A stretch of DNA of 64,000 nt from Escherichia coli O157:H7 (GTDB taxonomy: Bacteria; Pseudomonadota; Gammaproteobacteria; Enterobacterales; Enterobacteriaceae). Below, one piece after another: positions 1 to 16,300 of this stretch. Position 1 is the first letter of the stretch. The number at the start of each line of letters is the position of its first letter. A model generated the notes under the pieces. The model ran no database searches and was not told the origin of the DNA. It was given only the letters and a program-made list of their open reading frames with translations. Both the position numbers and the translations under genes were made by a program. The DNA lies in NCBI RefSeq assembly GCF_013167455.1, contig NZ_CP038328.1. One strand, 5' to 3'.

Positions 1-1
1 T

Positions 2-346
<345 letters not shown>

Positions 347-652
347 CCCTGAATAGTATAAAAAATGAACGATTACCGCGATCTGTTGAGCGGGTGACAG
401 TGCACATAGCGTTGTGCTAAAAATATTTTATATATTCACATTAATTATGTGATTTAAATTGCTAAAACTGACAAATATATATTCTAAATAACAACTGGAT
501 TATTCCTTAGCAATTAATGATTACATTGTAATAAATCATATTCTTTAGCGATTATTTCAGGCAGTGTTGTGCCGAATTAAGCAAGTAGTCAATTCGTTGT
601 GTATTTATTTATACAATGATTTCGGTGTTCTGGAATTTAATTAGAGGAATCT

Positions 653-1753
653 ATGCGAGGGAAAAAACGCATTGGGTTATTGTTTTTGCTGATAGCGGTT
701 GTGGTTGGTGGTGGCGGGTTCTTGATGGCGCAAAAAGCCTTACATAAAACGTCGGATACAGCATTTTGCCTTTCCTGCCACTCGATGAGTAAACCTTTTG
801 AGGAATATCAGGGAACTGTCCACTTTTCGAACCAGAAAGGGATACGTGCGGAATGTGCCGATTGCCATATTCCAAAGTCAGGGATGGATTATTTATTCGC
901 TAAATTAAAAGCATCTAAAGATATTTATCATGAATTTGTTAGCGGCAAAATAGACAGTGACGATAAGTTCGAAGCTCATCGCCAGGAAATGGCCGAAACA
1001 GTATGGAAAGAATTAAAAGCAACTGACTCTGCAACGTGCCGTAGTTGCCATTCTTTTGATGCCATGGATATTGCCTCGCAAAGTGAATCTGCGCAGAAAA
1101 TGCATAACAAAGCACAAAAGGGCGGCGAAACCTGTATCGATTGTCATAAAGGCATTGCCCATTTTCCGCCAGAAATAAAAATGGATGACAACGCGGCGCA
1201 TGAGCTGGAAAGTCAGGCCGCTACTTCAGTGACTAATGGCGCACATATTTATCCTTTCAAAACTTCTCGCATAGGCGAGCTGGCTACCGTGAATCCTGGT
1301 ACCGATCTCACCGTCGTTGATGCCAGTGGCAAACAGCCGATCGTTCTGTTGCAGGGTTATCAAATGCAGGGCAGTGAAAACACGCTCTACCTGGCGGCAG
1401 GTCAACGGCTGGCGCTAGCCACATTAAGTGAAGAAGGTATCAAGGCGCTCACGGTAAACGGGGAATGGCAGGCTGACGAATACGGCAATCAATGGCGTCA
1501 GGCGTCTTTACAGGGTGCGCTTACCGATCCCGCATTAGCGGACCGTAAACTGCTATGGCAATACGCTGAAAAACTTGACGATACCTATTGCGCTGGTTGT
1601 CATGCCCCTATTGCCGCCGACCATTACACCGTCAATGCGTGGCCGTCCATTGCCAAAGGAATGGGGGCACGAACCAGCATGAGCGAAAACGAACTGGACA
1701 TTTTAACGCGGTATTTCCAGTACAACGCCAAAGATATTACCGAGAAACAGTGA
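653..1753 (+). CDS. torY: Pentaheme c-type cytochrome TorY (NapC/NirT family), membrane-anchored
   Basis: 366-aa ORF; N-terminal hydrophobic anchor; five CxxCH motifs (CLSCH, CADCH, CRSCH, CIDCH, CAGCH). Confidence 0.9.
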   Translation: MRGKKRIGLLFLLIAVVVGGGGFLMAQKALHKTSDTAFCLSCHSMSKPFEEYQGTVHFSNQKGIRAECADCHIPKSGMDYLFAKLKASKDIYHEFVSGKIDSDDKFEAHRQEMAETVWKELKATDSATCRSCHSFDAMDIASQSESAQKMHNKAQKGGETCIDCHKGIAHFPPEIKMDDNAAHELESQAATSVTNGAHIYPFKTSRIGELATVNPGTDLTVVDASGKQPIVLLQGYQMQGSENTLYLAAGQRLALATLSEEGIKALTVNGEWQADEYGNQWRQASLQGALTDPALADRKLLWQYAEKLDDTYCAGCHAPIAADHYTVNAWPSIAKGMGARTSMSENELDILTRYFQYNAKDITEKQ

Positions 1754-1777
1754 TCCTCGTTGATCAGGGAGGAAGTT

Positions 1778-4207
1778 ATGACATTAACAAGACGTGAATT
1801 TATTAAACACAGCGGTATTGCCGCTGGAGCGCTGGTGGTGACATCGGCAGCACCGCTACCCGCATGGGCAGAAGAGAAGGGCGGTAAAATCCTCACCGCG
1901 GGACGTTGGGGAGCGATGAACGTAGAAGTGAAGGACGGCAAGATTGTTTCTTCGACAGGCGCGCTGGCGAAAACCATACCGAACTCCTTACAGTCTACGG
2001 CGGCGGATCAGGTACACACCACGGCGCGTATTCAGCATCCGATGGTGAGAAAAAGCTATCTCGACAATCCACTGCAACCGGCGAAAGGTCGTGGCGAAGA
2101 TACCTATGTACAGGTGAGCTGGGAACAGGCATTAAAACTGATTCATGAGCAACATGAGCGTATTCGTAAAGCTAACGGACCATCGGCCATTTTTGCCGGA
2201 TCTTACGGCTGGCGCTCTTCTGGCGTGTTGCATAAAGCGCAAACCTTACTGCAACGTTATATGAACCTGGCGGGCGGTTATTCCGGGCATAGCGGCGATT
2301 ATTCAACCGGGGCAGCACAGGTGATCATGCCGCATGTGGTCGGTTCTGTAGAGGTGTATGAACAGCAGACCTCCTGGCCGCTGATTCTGGAAAACAGCCA
2401 GGTTGTGGTGCTGTGGGGAATGAACCCGCTGAATACCTTAAAAATTGCCTGGAGCAGTACCGATGAGCAAGGGCTGGAATACTTCCATCAGCTGAAAAAA
2501 TCTGGCAAACCAGTGATTGCCATTGATCCTATCCGCTCTGAAACCATCGAGTTCTTTGGCTATAATGCCACCTGGATCGCGCCGAATATGGGCACCGACG
2601 TGGCACTGATGTTAGGGATTGCGCATACCCTGATGACACAAGGCAAACACGATAAAGTGTTCCTTGAAAAATACACCACCGGGTATCCGCAGTTTGAAGA
2701 GTATCTGACAGGTAAGAGCGATAATACTCCGAAGAGCGCGGCCTGGACGGCGGAAATTACTGGCGTACCGGAAGCGCAGATAGTCAAACTCGCTGAACTG
2801 ATGGCGGCGAATCGCACAATGCTGATGGCAGGCTGGGGAATTCAGCGCCAGCAATATGGTGAACAGAAACACTGGATGCTGGTGACGCTGGCGGCGATGT
2901 TAGGGCAGATTGGTACACCGGGCGGCGGTTTTGGTTTCTCTTATCATTACTCCAACGGTGGCAACCCGACGCGTGTTGGCGGCGTGCTGCCGGAAATGTC
3001 TGCGGCGATTGCCGGACAGGCCAGCGAGGCCGCTGATGATGGCGGAATGACGGCGATTCCTGTTGCCCGTATCGTCGATGCGCTGGAAAATCCTGGCGGC
3101 AAATATCAGCATAACGGTAAAGAACAAACGTATCCGAATATCAAAATGATCTGGTGGGCGGGTGGCGGTAACTTTACCCATCACCAGGATACTAATCGTC
3201 TGATCAAAGCATGGCAGAAACCGGAGATGATCGTCGTTTCTGAATGCTACTGGACCGCAGCTGCTAAACATGCAGATATCGTATTACCGATCACCACATC
3301 GTTTGAGCGCAATGACTTGACGATGACCGGTGATTACAGCAACCAGCATATTGTACCGATGAAGCAGGCTGTCGCTCCGCAATTTGAAGCGCGAAACGAT
3401 TTTGACGTGTTTGCCGAACTTGCGGAATTACTGAAACCAGGCGGAAAAGAGATCTATACCGAAGGTAAAGATGAAATGGCGTGGCTGAAATTTTTCTATG
3501 ATGCCGCTCAGAAAGGTGCCCGTGCGCAACGCGTCACTATGCCAATGTTTAATGCCTTCTGGCAGCAAAATAAACTGATCGAAATGCGCCGCAGCGAGAA
3601 GAACGAACAGTACGTTCGTTATGGTGATTTCCGCGCCGATCCGGTGAAAAATGCGCTGGGTACGCCAAGCGGCAAAATTGAGATTTACTCCAAAACGCTG
3701 GAAAAATTTGGCTATAAGGATTGCCCGGCACACCCAACCTGGCTTGCGCCTGATGAGTGGAAAGGTACCGCCGACGAGAAGCAGTTACAGCTTCTGACCG
3801 CACATCCGGCACACCGTTTACACAGTCAGCTTAACTATGCGCAACTGCGTAAAAAATATGCGGTTGCCGATCGTGAACCAATCACTATTCACACCGAAGA
3901 TGCTGCTCGCTTTGGTATTGCGAATGGCGATCTGGTCCGTGTCTGGAACAAACGTGGTCAGATTTTGACAGGCGCTGTGGTGACTGACGGGATCAAAAAA
4001 GGCGTGGTATGCGTGCATGAAGGTGCATGGCCAGATCTGGAAAATGGCTTGTGTAAAAACGGCAGTGCGAACGTGTTAACGGCGGATATCCCCAGCTCGC
4101 AGCTGGCAAATGCCTGTGCCGGTAACTCTGCGCTGGTGTATATCGAAAAATATACGGGTAACGCACCGAAGTTAACGGCGTTTGATCAGCCAGCTGTTCA
4201 GGCATAA
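1778..4207 (+). CDS. torZ: Trimethylamine N-oxide / S-oxide reductase TorZ (BisZ), molybdopterin enzyme with Tat signal
   Basis: Twin-arginine motif TRREFIK at the N-terminus; about 809 aa from ATG at 1778 (ORF track starts 18 nt earlier at 1760); 7-nt gap after torY. Confidence 0.9.
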   Translation: MTLTRREFIKHSGIAAGALVVTSAAPLPAWAEEKGGKILTAGRWGAMNVEVKDGKIVSSTGALAKTIPNSLQSTAADQVHTTARIQHPMVRKSYLDNPLQPAKGRGEDTYVQVSWEQALKLIHEQHERIRKANGPSAIFAGSYGWRSSGVLHKAQTLLQRYMNLAGGYSGHSGDYSTGAAQVIMPHVVGSVEVYEQQTSWPLILENSQVVVLWGMNPLNTLKIAWSSTDEQGLEYFHQLKKSGKPVIAIDPIRSETIEFFGYNATWIAPNMGTDVALMLGIAHTLMTQGKHDKVFLEKYTTGYPQFEEYLTGKSDNTPKSAAWTAEITGVPEAQIVKLAELMAANRTMLMAGWGIQRQQYGEQKHWMLVTLAAMLGQIGTPGGGFGFSYHYSNGGNPTRVGGVLPEMSAAIAGQASEAADDGGMTAIPVARIVDALENPGGKYQHNGKEQTYPNIKMIWWAGGGNFTHHQDTNRLIKAWQKPEMIVVSECYWTAAAKHADIVLPITTSFERNDLTMTGDYSNQHIVPMKQAVAPQFEARNDFDVFAELAELLKPGGKEIYTEGKDEMAWLKFFYDAAQKGARAQRVTMPMFNAFWQQNKLIEMRRSEKNEQYVRYGDFRADPVKNALGTPSGKIEIYSKTLEKFGYKDCPAHPTWLAPDEWKGTADEKQLQLLTAHPAHRLHSQLNYAQLRKKYAVADREPITIHTEDAARFGIANGDLVRVWNKRGQILTGAVVTDGIKKGVVCVHEGAWPDLENGLCKNGSANVLTADIPSSQLANACAGNSALVYIEKYTGNAPKLTAFDQPAVQA

Positions 4208-4254
4208 GACGTGAAAAGCGCCCGGAAACGGGCGCTGAGGTTATGCAAACATAA

Positions 4255-4360
4255 AGCTGCCTGATGCGCTATGCTTATCAGGCCTACATAGTCCCTGCAA
4301 TATATTGAATTAGCAAGGTTTTGTAGGCTGGATAAGGCGTTCACGCCGCATCCGGCAGTA
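4255..4360. repeat. REP (repetitive extragenic palindrome) pair between convergent torZ and cmoB
   Basis: gcctgatgcg...cttatcaggcctac and taggctggataaggcgttcacgccgcatccggca are classic REP sequences. Confidence 0.7.
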
Positions 4361-4371
4361 ATACCAGACCT

Positions 4372-6519
<2,148 letters not shown>

Positions 6520-6571
6520 ACAAACTCCCTTTAAAATGGCCGATGGCACCTGTCTATGATAGGTGGCAAAT

Positions 6572-7390
6572 TCAGAAAAGAGAAGATTGCTGTGGAATAG
6601 CCGGAACTGCTCCGATCTCTGGAAGCGTTTTACGTAAGTCTTCCCACAGGGTATGTACCAGTTCCGGGGCCTGGGCAATATCTGGCGTATGTAAAAAAAG
6701 ATAAGGCGTAGTGGTCTGATGCCACTGCGCTAATTTTTGTAACCAGACCTGAAATAATTCCCGGTTTTGCGTCATATCATCACTACCGATAAAACGGATC
6801 AGCGGATTTGTCGCCGTCAGTACAGCATGTACCGGAACTTTAGGTTTTTTTCGTTGAGCGTCGCGAATAGCTTCACTGTGTGGACGTGCTGCATGAACCG
6901 GGCGGCTGTCTAAAATCACCTGATTAACGCCGCGCTGATGTAAACCGCGATTAAGCGTTTGTTCCTCTTCCCCTTTGGCGAAAAACTGTGGATGGCGGAC
7001 TTCCACACCATAATTAAATTCGCCAGGGAGAGAATCGAGAAAATGCCAAAGCGCAGGCAGCTCCCGTGGGCCGAATGTGGCAGGCAGTTGCAGCCAGTAT
7101 TGCCCAATGCGCGGAGCCAACGGTGACATGCGGGTCAAAAATTCAGTCACTAAATCATCGCAATGTCGTAATGCTGCCTGATGCGAAATGGTCGCCGGAA
7201 ACTTAAAACAGAAGCGGAAGTCATCTGTGGTCTGTTCACGCCAGCGCAGGACAACCTCGGGTTTCGGCAGGGCGTAAAGCGTGGTGTTGCCCTCCACGCA
7301 GTTAAAGTGACGGGCATACTCTTCAAGGCTGGTGATCCCCAACCGCACCCATTTAGGATGCGACCATTGCGGTAGACCGATGTAAATCAT
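6572..7390 (-). CDS. yecE: DUF72 family protein YecE
   Basis: 272-aa ORF; start overlaps yecD stop by 4 nt. Confidence 0.8.
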
Positions 7391-7953
7391 AACGCGTTGA
7401 GGATCTCTTCCACGCTACGCACACGGGCGATGCGCGGGTAGATATGGTTGATACTGTTATTGTGCTGCTCGGCGCTAGCGGCACTACAGGCATCTTCGGC
7501 AATCACCAGATTAAAGCCAAGTTCCCAGGCATTGCGGGCGGTGGATTCAACTCCGATATTGGTCGAGATCCCACATAACACTATTGTATCGATACCTCGG
7601 CGGCGTAATTGCAACTCCAGATCCGTACCGTAAAACGCACCCCACTGACGTTTGATTATTTCGATATCACTGTCAGTTGCACCTAATGCAGCTGGATGTT
7701 GCCACCAGTTTTCGGGCAACACTTTAGCGGGGGAAGGGGCATCAACCGGCTGTTTTAATGCTTCGGCGTAATCGGCAGACCAGCCAACGCGCACCAGAAA
7801 CACGGGCTGACCGCTGGCGCGAAATTTCGCCGCCAGCTTCCCGGCGCGATTAACTACCTCATCGGCAGTATGTGGACCACCGGCAAAAGGTAAGATGCCT
7901 TCTTGTAAATCGATCACCACCAGCGCAGTGGTTTTAGCATTAAGTTCAAGCAT
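7387..7953 (-). CDS. yecD: Isochorismatase-family hydrolase YecD
   Basis: 188 aa from internal ATG (MLELNAK...); isochorismatase-like residues. Confidence 0.8.
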
Positions 7954-8262
7954 GATGACTCCTGAAAAAACAAAATCGTGCCTCACACCTTAATGCGATT
8001 AGCCGATGGCGGAACGACAAATTTTGTTAATTTGTATGAGTTCGGGCAACACCTTTATAGCAAACTGGCGTAGAGTCTGATTTCAGGCCCGATATAAAGT
8101 GGTAACGAGGCGTTCCAGCGCGGGCCAGGCTCTTACGGTGCGGCAGAATTTCCAGTATAATAGCCGCCTTTTTTCATTCAGTTGTGACATACAGCTAACG
8201 CTGCGACTTGGTCACCTGCGCAGCAGGGGGCATCCGCCGGCAGCTAAGTTAAGGGATATCTC

Positions 8263-10035
8263 ATGCGTACAGAATATTGTGGACAGCTCCGTTTGTCCCA
8301 CGTGGGGCAGCAGGTGACTCTGTGTGGTTGGGTCAACCGTCGTCGTGATCTTGGTAGCCTGATCTTCATCGATATGCGCGACCGCGAAGGTATCGTGCAG
8401 GTATTTTTCGATCCGGATCGTGCGGACGCGTTAAAGCTGGCCTCTGAACTGCGTAATGAGTTCTGCATTCAGGTCACGGGCACCGTACGTGCGCGTGACG
8501 AAAAAAATATTAACCGCGATATGGCGACCGGCGAAATCGAAGTGCTGGCGTCCTCGCTGACTATCATCAACCGCGCAGATGTTCTGCCGCTTGACTCTAA
8601 CCACGTCAACACCGAAGAAGCGCGTCTGAAATACCGCTACCTCGACCTGCGTCGTCCGGAAATGGCTCAGCGCCTGAAAACCCGCGCTAAAATCACCAGC
8701 CTGGTGCGCCGTTTTATGGATGACCACGGTTTCCTCGACATCGAAACTCCGATGCTGACCAAAGCCACGCCGGAAGGCGCGCGTGACTACCTGGTGCCTT
8801 CTCGTGTGCACAAAGGTAAATTCTACGCACTGCCGCAATCCCCACAGTTGTTCAAACAGCTGCTGATGATGTCCGGCTTTGACCGCTACTATCAGATCGT
8901 TAAATGCTTCCGTGACGAAGACCTGCGCGCTGATCGTCAGCCTGAATTTACTCAGATCGATGTGGAAACTTCTTTCATGACCGCGCCGCAAGTGCGTGAA
9001 GTGATGGAAGCGCTGGTGCGCCATCTGTGGCTGGAAGTGAAGGGCGTGGATCTGGGCGATTTCCCAGTAATGACCTTTGCGGAAGCCGAACGCCGTTATG
9101 GTTCTGATAAACCGGATCTGCGTAACCCGATGGAACTGACCGACGTTGCTGATCTGCTGAGATCTGTTGAGTTTGCAGTATTTGCAGGTCCGGCGAACGA
9201 TCCGAAAGGTCGCGTTGCCGCTCTGTGTGTTCCGGGTGGCGCATCGCTGACCCGTAAGCAGATCGACGAATACGGTAACTTCGTTAAAATCTACGGCGCG
9301 AAAGGTCTGGCTTACATCAAAGTTAACGAACGCGCGAAAGGTCTGGAAGGTATCAACAGCCCGGTAGCGAAGTTCCTTAATGCAGAAATCATCGAAGCCA
9401 TCCTGGATCGTACTGCCGCGCAAGATGGCGATATGATTTTCTTCGGTGCCGACAACAAGAAAATTGTTGCCGACGCGATGGGCGCACTGCGCCTGAAAGT
9501 GGGTAAAGACCTTGGTCTGACCGACGAAAGCAAATGGGCACCGCTGTGGGTTATCGACTTCCCGATGTTTGAAGACGACGGTGAAGGCGGCCTGACGGCA
9601 ATGCACCATCCGTTCACCTCACCGAAAGACATGACGGCTGCAGAGCTGAAAGCTGCACCGGAAAATGCGGTGGCGAACGCTTACGATATGGTCATCAATG
9701 GTTACGAAGTGGGCGGTGGTTCAGTACGTATCCATAATGGTGATATGCAGCAGACGGTGTTTGGTATTCTGGGTATCAACGAAGAGGAACAGCGCGAGAA
9801 ATTCGGCTTCCTGCTCGACGCTCTGAAATACGGTACTCCGCCGCACGCAGGTCTGGCATTCGGTCTTGACCGTCTGACCATGCTGCTGACCGGCACCGAC
9901 AATATCCGTGACGTTATCGCCTTCCCGAAAACCACGGCGGCAGCGTGTCTGATGACTGAAGCACCGAGCTTTGCTAACCCGGCTGCACTGGCTGAGCTGA
10001 GCATTCAGGTTGTGAAGAAGGCTGAGAATAACTGA
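8263..10035 (+). CDS. aspS: Aspartate--tRNA ligase
   Basis: 590-aa ORF; class II aaRS motifs with N-terminal OB anticodon-binding domain. Confidence 0.95.
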   Translation: MRTEYCGQLRLSHVGQQVTLCGWVNRRRDLGSLIFIDMRDREGIVQVFFDPDRADALKLASELRNEFCIQVTGTVRARDEKNINRDMATGEIEVLASSLTIINRADVLPLDSNHVNTEEARLKYRYLDLRRPEMAQRLKTRAKITSLVRRFMDDHGFLDIETPMLTKATPEGARDYLVPSRVHKGKFYALPQSPQLFKQLLMMSGFDRYYQIVKCFRDEDLRADRQPEFTQIDVETSFMTAPQVREVMEALVRHLWLEVKGVDLGDFPVMTFAEAERRYGSDKPDLRNPMELTDVADLLRSVEFAVFAGPANDPKGRVAALCVPGGASLTRKQIDEYGNFVKIYGAKGLAYIKVNERAKGLEGINSPVAKFLNAEIIEAILDRTAAQDGDMIFFGADNKKIVADAMGALRLKVGKDLGLTDESKWAPLWVIDFPMFEDDGEGGLTAMHHPFTSPKDMTAAELKAAPENAVANAYDMVINGYEVGGGSVRIHNGDMQQTVFGILGINEEEQREKFGFLLDALKYGTPPHAGLAFGLDRLTMLLTGTDNIRDVIAFPKTTAAACLMTEAPSFANPAALAELSIQVVKKAENN

Positions 10036-10152
10036 TATGACTCAAATACACGAAATCATTCGCGTTGCATCGAGGCGGCAACTGAGTGAACTCCCATGAG
10101 CATAGATAACTATGTGAATGGGATGAGCGAAGGCAGTCAACGAAGAGGCAGC

Positions 10153-10605
10153 GTGAAGGATAAAGTGTATAAGCGTCCCGTTTCGATCTTAGTGGTCATC
10201 TACGCACAAGATACGAAACGGGTGCTGATGTTGCAGCGGCGTGATGACCCCGATTTCTGGCAGTCGGTAACCGGCAGCGTGGAAGAGGGTGAAACCGCGC
10301 CGCAAGCTGCCATGCGCGAAGTAAAGGAAGAGGTCACCATTGATGTTGTCGCTGAACAACTGACCTTAATTGACTGTCAGCGCACGGTAGAGTTTGAAAT
10401 TTTTTCACATTTACGTCATCGCTATGCGCCGGGCGTGACGCGTAATACGGAATCATGGTTCTGTCTTGCGCTTCCGCATGAGCGGCAGATCGTTTTCACT
10501 GAACATCTGGCTTACAAGTGGCTTGATGCGCCTGCTGCGGCGGCGCTCACTAAGTCCTGGAGCAACCGGCAGGCGATTGAACAGTTTGTAATTAACGCTG
10601 CCTGA
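10153..10605 (+). CDS. nudB: Dihydroneopterin triphosphate diphosphatase (Nudix) NudB
   Basis: 150 aa from GTG at 10153; Nudix box [21 protein letters not shown]. Confidence 0.85.
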
Positions 10606-10633
10606 ACAGGCAGGGCTATCTGGAGATATTTTT

Positions 10634-11374
10634 ATGGCAGGTCATAGTAAATGGGCCAACACCAGACATCGTAAAGCTGCGCAGGATGCTAAGCGCGGTA
10701 AAATCTTCACTAAAATCATTCGTGAGCTGGTAACCGCGGCTAAGCTGGGCGGTGGCGATCCGGACGCTAACCCGCGTCTGCGTGCAGCAATTGATAAAGC
10801 ACTGTCTAACAACATGACCCGTGACACTCTGAACCGCGCAATTGCACGTGGTGTGGGCGGTGATGATGATGCGAACATGGAAACCATCATCTACGAAGGT
10901 TACGGTCCTGGCGGCACGGCAATCATGATTGAATGTCTGTCTGACAACCGCAACCGTACCGTTGCTGAAGTGCGTCATGCATTCAGCAAATGTGGCGGTA
11001 ACCTCGGTACTGATGGTTCCGTAGCCTATCTGTTCAGCAAAAAAGGCGTCATCTCCTTCGAGAAAGGCGATGAAGACACCATCATGGAAGCAGCACTGGA
11101 AGCAGGTGCTGAAGACGTTGTGACCTATGATGACGGCGCGATTGATGTCTACACTGCATGGGAAGAAATGGGTAAAGTGCGCGACGCTCTGGAAGCGGCA
11201 GGTCTGAAAGCAGACAGCGCGGAAGTTTCCATGATCCCGTCTACCAAAGCTGATATGGATGCAGAAACCGCACCGAAACTGATGCGTCTGATCGATATGC
11301 TGGAAGATTGCGACGACGTGCAGGAAGTTTACCATAACGGTGAAATCTCTGATGAGGTCGCAGCGACTCTCTGA
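10634..11374 (+). CDS. yebC: YebC/PmpR family transcriptional regulator
   Basis: 246-aa ORF beginning MAGHSKWAN. Confidence 0.9.
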
Positions 11375-11408
11375 TGAGGCCTGCTAAACAGCAAAACGGA
11401 GACGCGTG

Positions 11409-11930
11409 ATGGCTATTATTCTCGGCATTGATCCGGGTTCGCGCGTGACCGGCTACGGCGTCATCCGCCAGGTAGGTAGGCAACTGTCCTACCTGGGTAG
11501 CGGATGCATACGCACCAAAGTGGATGATTTACCGTCTCGTCTGAAACTCATCTATGCGGGCGTGACGGAAATCATCACCCAGTTCCAGCCCGATTATTTC
11601 GCCATTGAACAAGTCTTTATGGCAAAGAACGCTGACTCAGCCCTGAAACTGGGCCAGGCGCGCGGCGTGGCGATTGTGGCGGCGGTGAATCAGGAGTTGC
11701 CAGTATTTGAATACGCGGCACGTCAGGTAAAGCAAACGGTGGTAGGTATTGGTAGTGCCGAAAAAAGCCAGGTGCAGCATATGGTCCGCACCTTGCTGAA
11801 ACTGCCCGCTAATCCACAGGCGGATGCCGCCGATGCGCTGGCGATTGCCATCACCCACTGCCACGTTAGTCAGAATGCGATGCAGATGAGCGAATCGCGG
11901 CTGAACCTGGCGAGAGGGCGACTGCGTTAA
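11409..11930 (+). CDS. ruvC: Holliday junction resolvase RuvC
   Basis: 173 aa from the second ATG ([18 protein letters not shown]). Confidence 0.9.
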
Positions 11931-11931
11931 G

Positions 11932-12534
11932 TTATACCGCCTCGGTCAGTTCCGGCTGAGGCGTTTCCACTCCCTCCGCATGAATCAACACCAAACCTGG
12001 ATGATGCCACAAACTGGCTGGCGTGACGGTTTTACGCTCCCACGGAATAGAACCCAGGAACCAGAATTTCCAGAAAGTGAGTTTTGCATTCGGATTGCTA
12101 TTTAACAATTCTCCAAACGTCTCTATTTCACCCACCGGAATACATAGCGCTTCTTTATAAATATCAAAAACAAATTTTGAACAGAACTGGCGCGAAGATT
12201 CGTATTTAAAACCGGTGTGGTAAAGTTTGCGTAGCCGGGAGGGAACCTGTTCAACAATTCGTTGTTTTTGTTGTTCTGTCAGCCCAGCGTCTAATCGCTT
12301 TATAGCATAGCGTTGATTAGACGAACGTTTAATAAAACGAGATAGCGTGGTGATGGTTGAAAGGGGAACCCGGCTTTCTGCAACCAGGAAGTCTTCACCG
12401 TTATGACCGATAATGATCCCGACGTGATTACTCCAGCAATTTGATGCAGCTGATATTTGACCAAATAAGGCAGCACCTATACATGTAAAGACTTTATCTC
12501 CAATTTCATATTCAGCAGGGTAATTAATATTCAC
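11932..12534 (-). CDS. yebB: Uncharacterised protein YebB
   Basis: About 200 aa if started at GTG 12534 (reverse complement cac at 12532..12534); convergent with ruvC. Confidence 0.7.
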   Translation of the reverse strand: MNINYPAEYEIGDKVFTCIGAALFGQISAASNCWSNHVGIIIGHNGEDFLVAESRVPLSTITTLSRFIKRSSNQRYAIKRLDAGLTEQQKQRIVEQVPSRLRKLYHTGFKYESSRQFCSKFVFDIYKEALCIPVGEIETFGELLNSNPNAKLTFWKFWFLGSIPWERKTVTPASLWHHPGLVLIHAEGVETPQPELTEAV

Positions 12535-12741
12535 GTTGTCATTCCATTGAAATAGATACGAATATACGTAATAGCATAAAAAATTTATTTTTTCAGGAGG
12601 CGCAATGTATATTTTTATTACGCATTTCTTCACTGAATATGTAATATTAAAATATTTACTTCCAATATAACCTGTAGAATAAATTATACTGTGCCATTTT
12701 TCAGTTCATCGAGACACCTCGCAAGTTTTTTTCATCCTTCG

Positions 12742-12757
12742 CTGGATATCTATCCAG
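12742..12757 (+). promoter_or_regulatory. LexA (SOS) box upstream of ruvAB
   Basis: CTGGATATCTATCCAG, palindromic CTG-N10-CAG, 52 nt upstream of the ruvA start. Confidence 0.75.
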
Positions 12758-12808
12758 CATTTTTTTATCATACAGCATTATCTTTGATTCATTACGCAGG
12801 AGCGTCAT

Positions 12809-13420
12809 GTGATAGGCAGACTCAGAGGCATCATCATTGAAAAACAACCCCCGCTGGTGTTAATTGAAGTGGGCGGCGTAGGCTATGAAGTGCATATGCC
12901 GATGACCTGTTTTTATGAACTCCCTGAAGCGGGTCAGGAAGCGATCGTTTTCACCCACTTTGTGGTGCGTGAAGACGCGCAACTGCTGTACGGTTTTAAC
13001 AATAAACAAGAGCGCACGTTGTTCAAAGAGTTGATCAAAACCAACGGCGTCGGCCCGAAGTTGGCGCTGGCGATCCTCTCCGGAATGTCAGCGCAGCAGT
13101 TCGTTAATGCCGTTGAGCGTGAAGAAGTGGGGGCACTGGTGAAACTGCCGGGTATTGGCAAAAAAACCGCCGAACGCTTGATTGTTGAAATGAAAGACCG
13201 ATTTAAAGGTTTGCATGGCGATCTCTTTACGCCAGCCGCCGACCTGGTACTCACGTCTCCTGCCAGCCCGGCGACCGACGATGCTGAACAAGAAGCGGTT
13301 GCCGCGCTGGTGGCGCTGGGCTATAAACCACAAGAAGCAAGCCGCATGGTGAGCAAAATCGCTCGCCCTGACGCCAGCAGTGAAACATTAATTCGCGAAG
13401 CCCTACGCGCCGCGTTATGA
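12809..13420 (+). CDS. ruvA: Holliday junction branch migration protein RuvA
   Basis: 203-aa ORF. Confidence 0.95.
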   Translation: MIGRLRGIIIEKQPPLVLIEVGGVGYEVHMPMTCFYELPEAGQEAIVFTHFVVREDAQLLYGFNNKQERTLFKELIKTNGVGPKLALAILSGMSAQQFVNAVEREEVGALVKLPGIGKKTAERLIVEMKDRFKGLHGDLFTPAADLVLTSPASPATDDAEQEAVAALVALGYKPQEASRMVSKIARPDASSETLIREALRAAL

Positions 13421-13425
13421 GGTAA

Positions 13426-14439
<1,014 letters not shown>

Positions 14440-14440
14440 G

Positions 14441-14675
14441 TCGGATTGGTCGCTCGCACCGCATCCGACATTGGCAGTGTGCCTGATGCGACGCTATTCG
14501 CGTCTTATCAGGCATATACCAGAGATAGCGAACCGTAGGTCGGAAAAGGCGCTCGCGCCGCATCCGACATTGGCAGTGTGCCTGATGCGACGCTGTTCGC
14601 GTCTTACCAGGCCTACCAGAGATAGCGAACCGTAGGTCGGATAAGGCGCTCGCGCCGCATCCGACAAATGTGTTC
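14441..14675. repeat. BIME-like cluster: tandem 98-bp units each carrying REP palindromes
   Basis: catccgacattggcagtgtgcctgatgcgacgct recurs at 14463 and 14561 (period 98 bp), with a partial third copy near 14655. Confidence 0.8.
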
Positions 14676-14684
14676 AGCGATAGA

Positions 14685-15470
14685 TTAGCTGGCCTGCTTT
14701 TTCATCATACTGATAATAAATAACAGTGCCGCACATAGCACCACCGACGGACCCGCCGGCGTATCGTAAAACGCGGAAAAGGTTAAACCGTCAGTTACTG
14801 CCACCATCCCCACCAAAACAGCGACACCAGCCATCTGTTCCGGCGTACGGGCAAAGCGACGCGCAGTAGCTGCAGGAATAATCAGCAACGAAGTAATAAT
14901 CAACGCACCGACAAATTTCATCGCTACACCAATCGTCAATGCCGTCACCAGCATCAACAACAATTTCACTCGCTGTAATTTCACACCATCAACAAACGCC
15001 AGATCCGGGCTAATCGTCATCGACAGCAAATTGCGCCATTGCCAGAACAAAATAGCCACCACGATGACCACGCCAATTGCAATAGAGATGAGATCTTCTG
15101 GCGTCACTGCCAGTAAATCACCGAACAGGTAAGCCATCAAATCAACACGAATGTTAGACATCAGACTAACGACCACCAGGCCCAGCGACAGGGCACTGTG
15201 CGCCATAATCCCTAATAACGTGTCGATCGCCAGCTGTGGACGCTTCTCCAGCCATACCAGACCGCCCGCCAGCAGCAGCGTAACGGCAATCACCGCATAG
15301 AATGGATTCACGTCCAGCAACAAACCAAACGCGACACCAAGTAATGAGGCATGAGCCAGCGTATCACCGAAATAAGACATACGACGCCAGACTACAAACG
15401 AACCCAGCGGACCCGCGGCACAGGCGAGCATGATCCCGGCTAACCAACCGGGAAATAATAATTCAATCAT
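14685..15470 (-). CDS. znuB: Zinc ABC transporter permease ZnuB
   Basis: 261-aa ORF, polytopic membrane protein; 4-nt overlap with znuC. Confidence 0.9.
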
Positions 15471-16222
15471 GAGCGATCATTTCCCCGACGCAAAACAATT
15501 CGTCCCTGTAAATCGTGACGATGATTATGATGATGGCGATAGATACCCAGTTGTTCAGCACCACGAGGACCAAACATTGAAATAAACTCCGGATGCAGGG
15601 AAACAACTTCCGGTGTGCCGGAACAACAAATGTGATGATTCAGGCACAGCACTTCATCGGTTTTTGCCATCACCAGATGAAGATCGTGAGAAACCATTAA
15701 AACGCCACAATCCAGTTCACGACGCAGTTGGTCAATAAGGTCATATAACGCCACCTGGCCATTTACATCCACGCCTTGAGTGGGTTCATCCAGCACTAAT
15801 AATTGCGGGCGATTTAACAATGCTCGCGCTAACAGTACACGCTGCGTTTCGCCACCAGAGAGCTTTTGCATCGGTGCGTTAATCAGGTGCCCGGCCTGGA
15901 CACGTTTCAGTGCAGGCAAAATATCTTCTTTATGTGTACCAGGGCGTAAGCGTAAAAAACGGTTTACGGTCAGTGGCAACGTGGTGTCGAGATACAGCTT
16001 CTGCGGTACATAGCCGATGCGCAGTTTTCCGTTGCGCTTGATAACCCCTTCATCGGGTGTTACCAGCCCGAGCACTACCCGTACCAGTGTCGACTTACCT
16101 GCGCCATTTGGCCCAAGTAAAGTCAAAATTTTTCCAGGTTTAAGTTCCAGCGACACATCAGAGAGGACGCGGCGTTGGCCAAAAGAAACCGAGACATTTT
16201 CCAGGGAAACCAGACTTGTCAT
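15467..16222 (-). CDS. znuC: Zinc ABC transporter ATP-binding protein ZnuC
   Basis: 251-aa ORF; Walker [13 protein letters not shown] signature LSGGETQR. Confidence 0.9.
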
Positions 16223-16246
16223 GTTAATTTTAGTCTTGCAGTAGTC

Positions 16247-16269
16247 ATGAAATGTTATAATATCACACT
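16247..16269. promoter_or_regulatory. Zur operator in the divergent znuCB/znuA promoter
   Basis: Imperfect palindrome gaaatgttataatatcacacttc between the divergent starts. Confidence 0.7.
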
Positions 16270-16300
16270 TCTCATATTCATTACGATGATTGGTCGCATT

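Noticed and set aside
8431-9609. 392-aa ORF on the minus strand
   Set aside because: Fully nested antisense to aspS; the translation is low-complexity and His/Arg/Phe-rich with no recognisable domain; typical shadow ORF opposite a high-expression gene.
10616-11335. 239-aa minus-strand ORF
   Set aside because: Antisense within yebC; Cys/Phe/His-rich shadow ORF.
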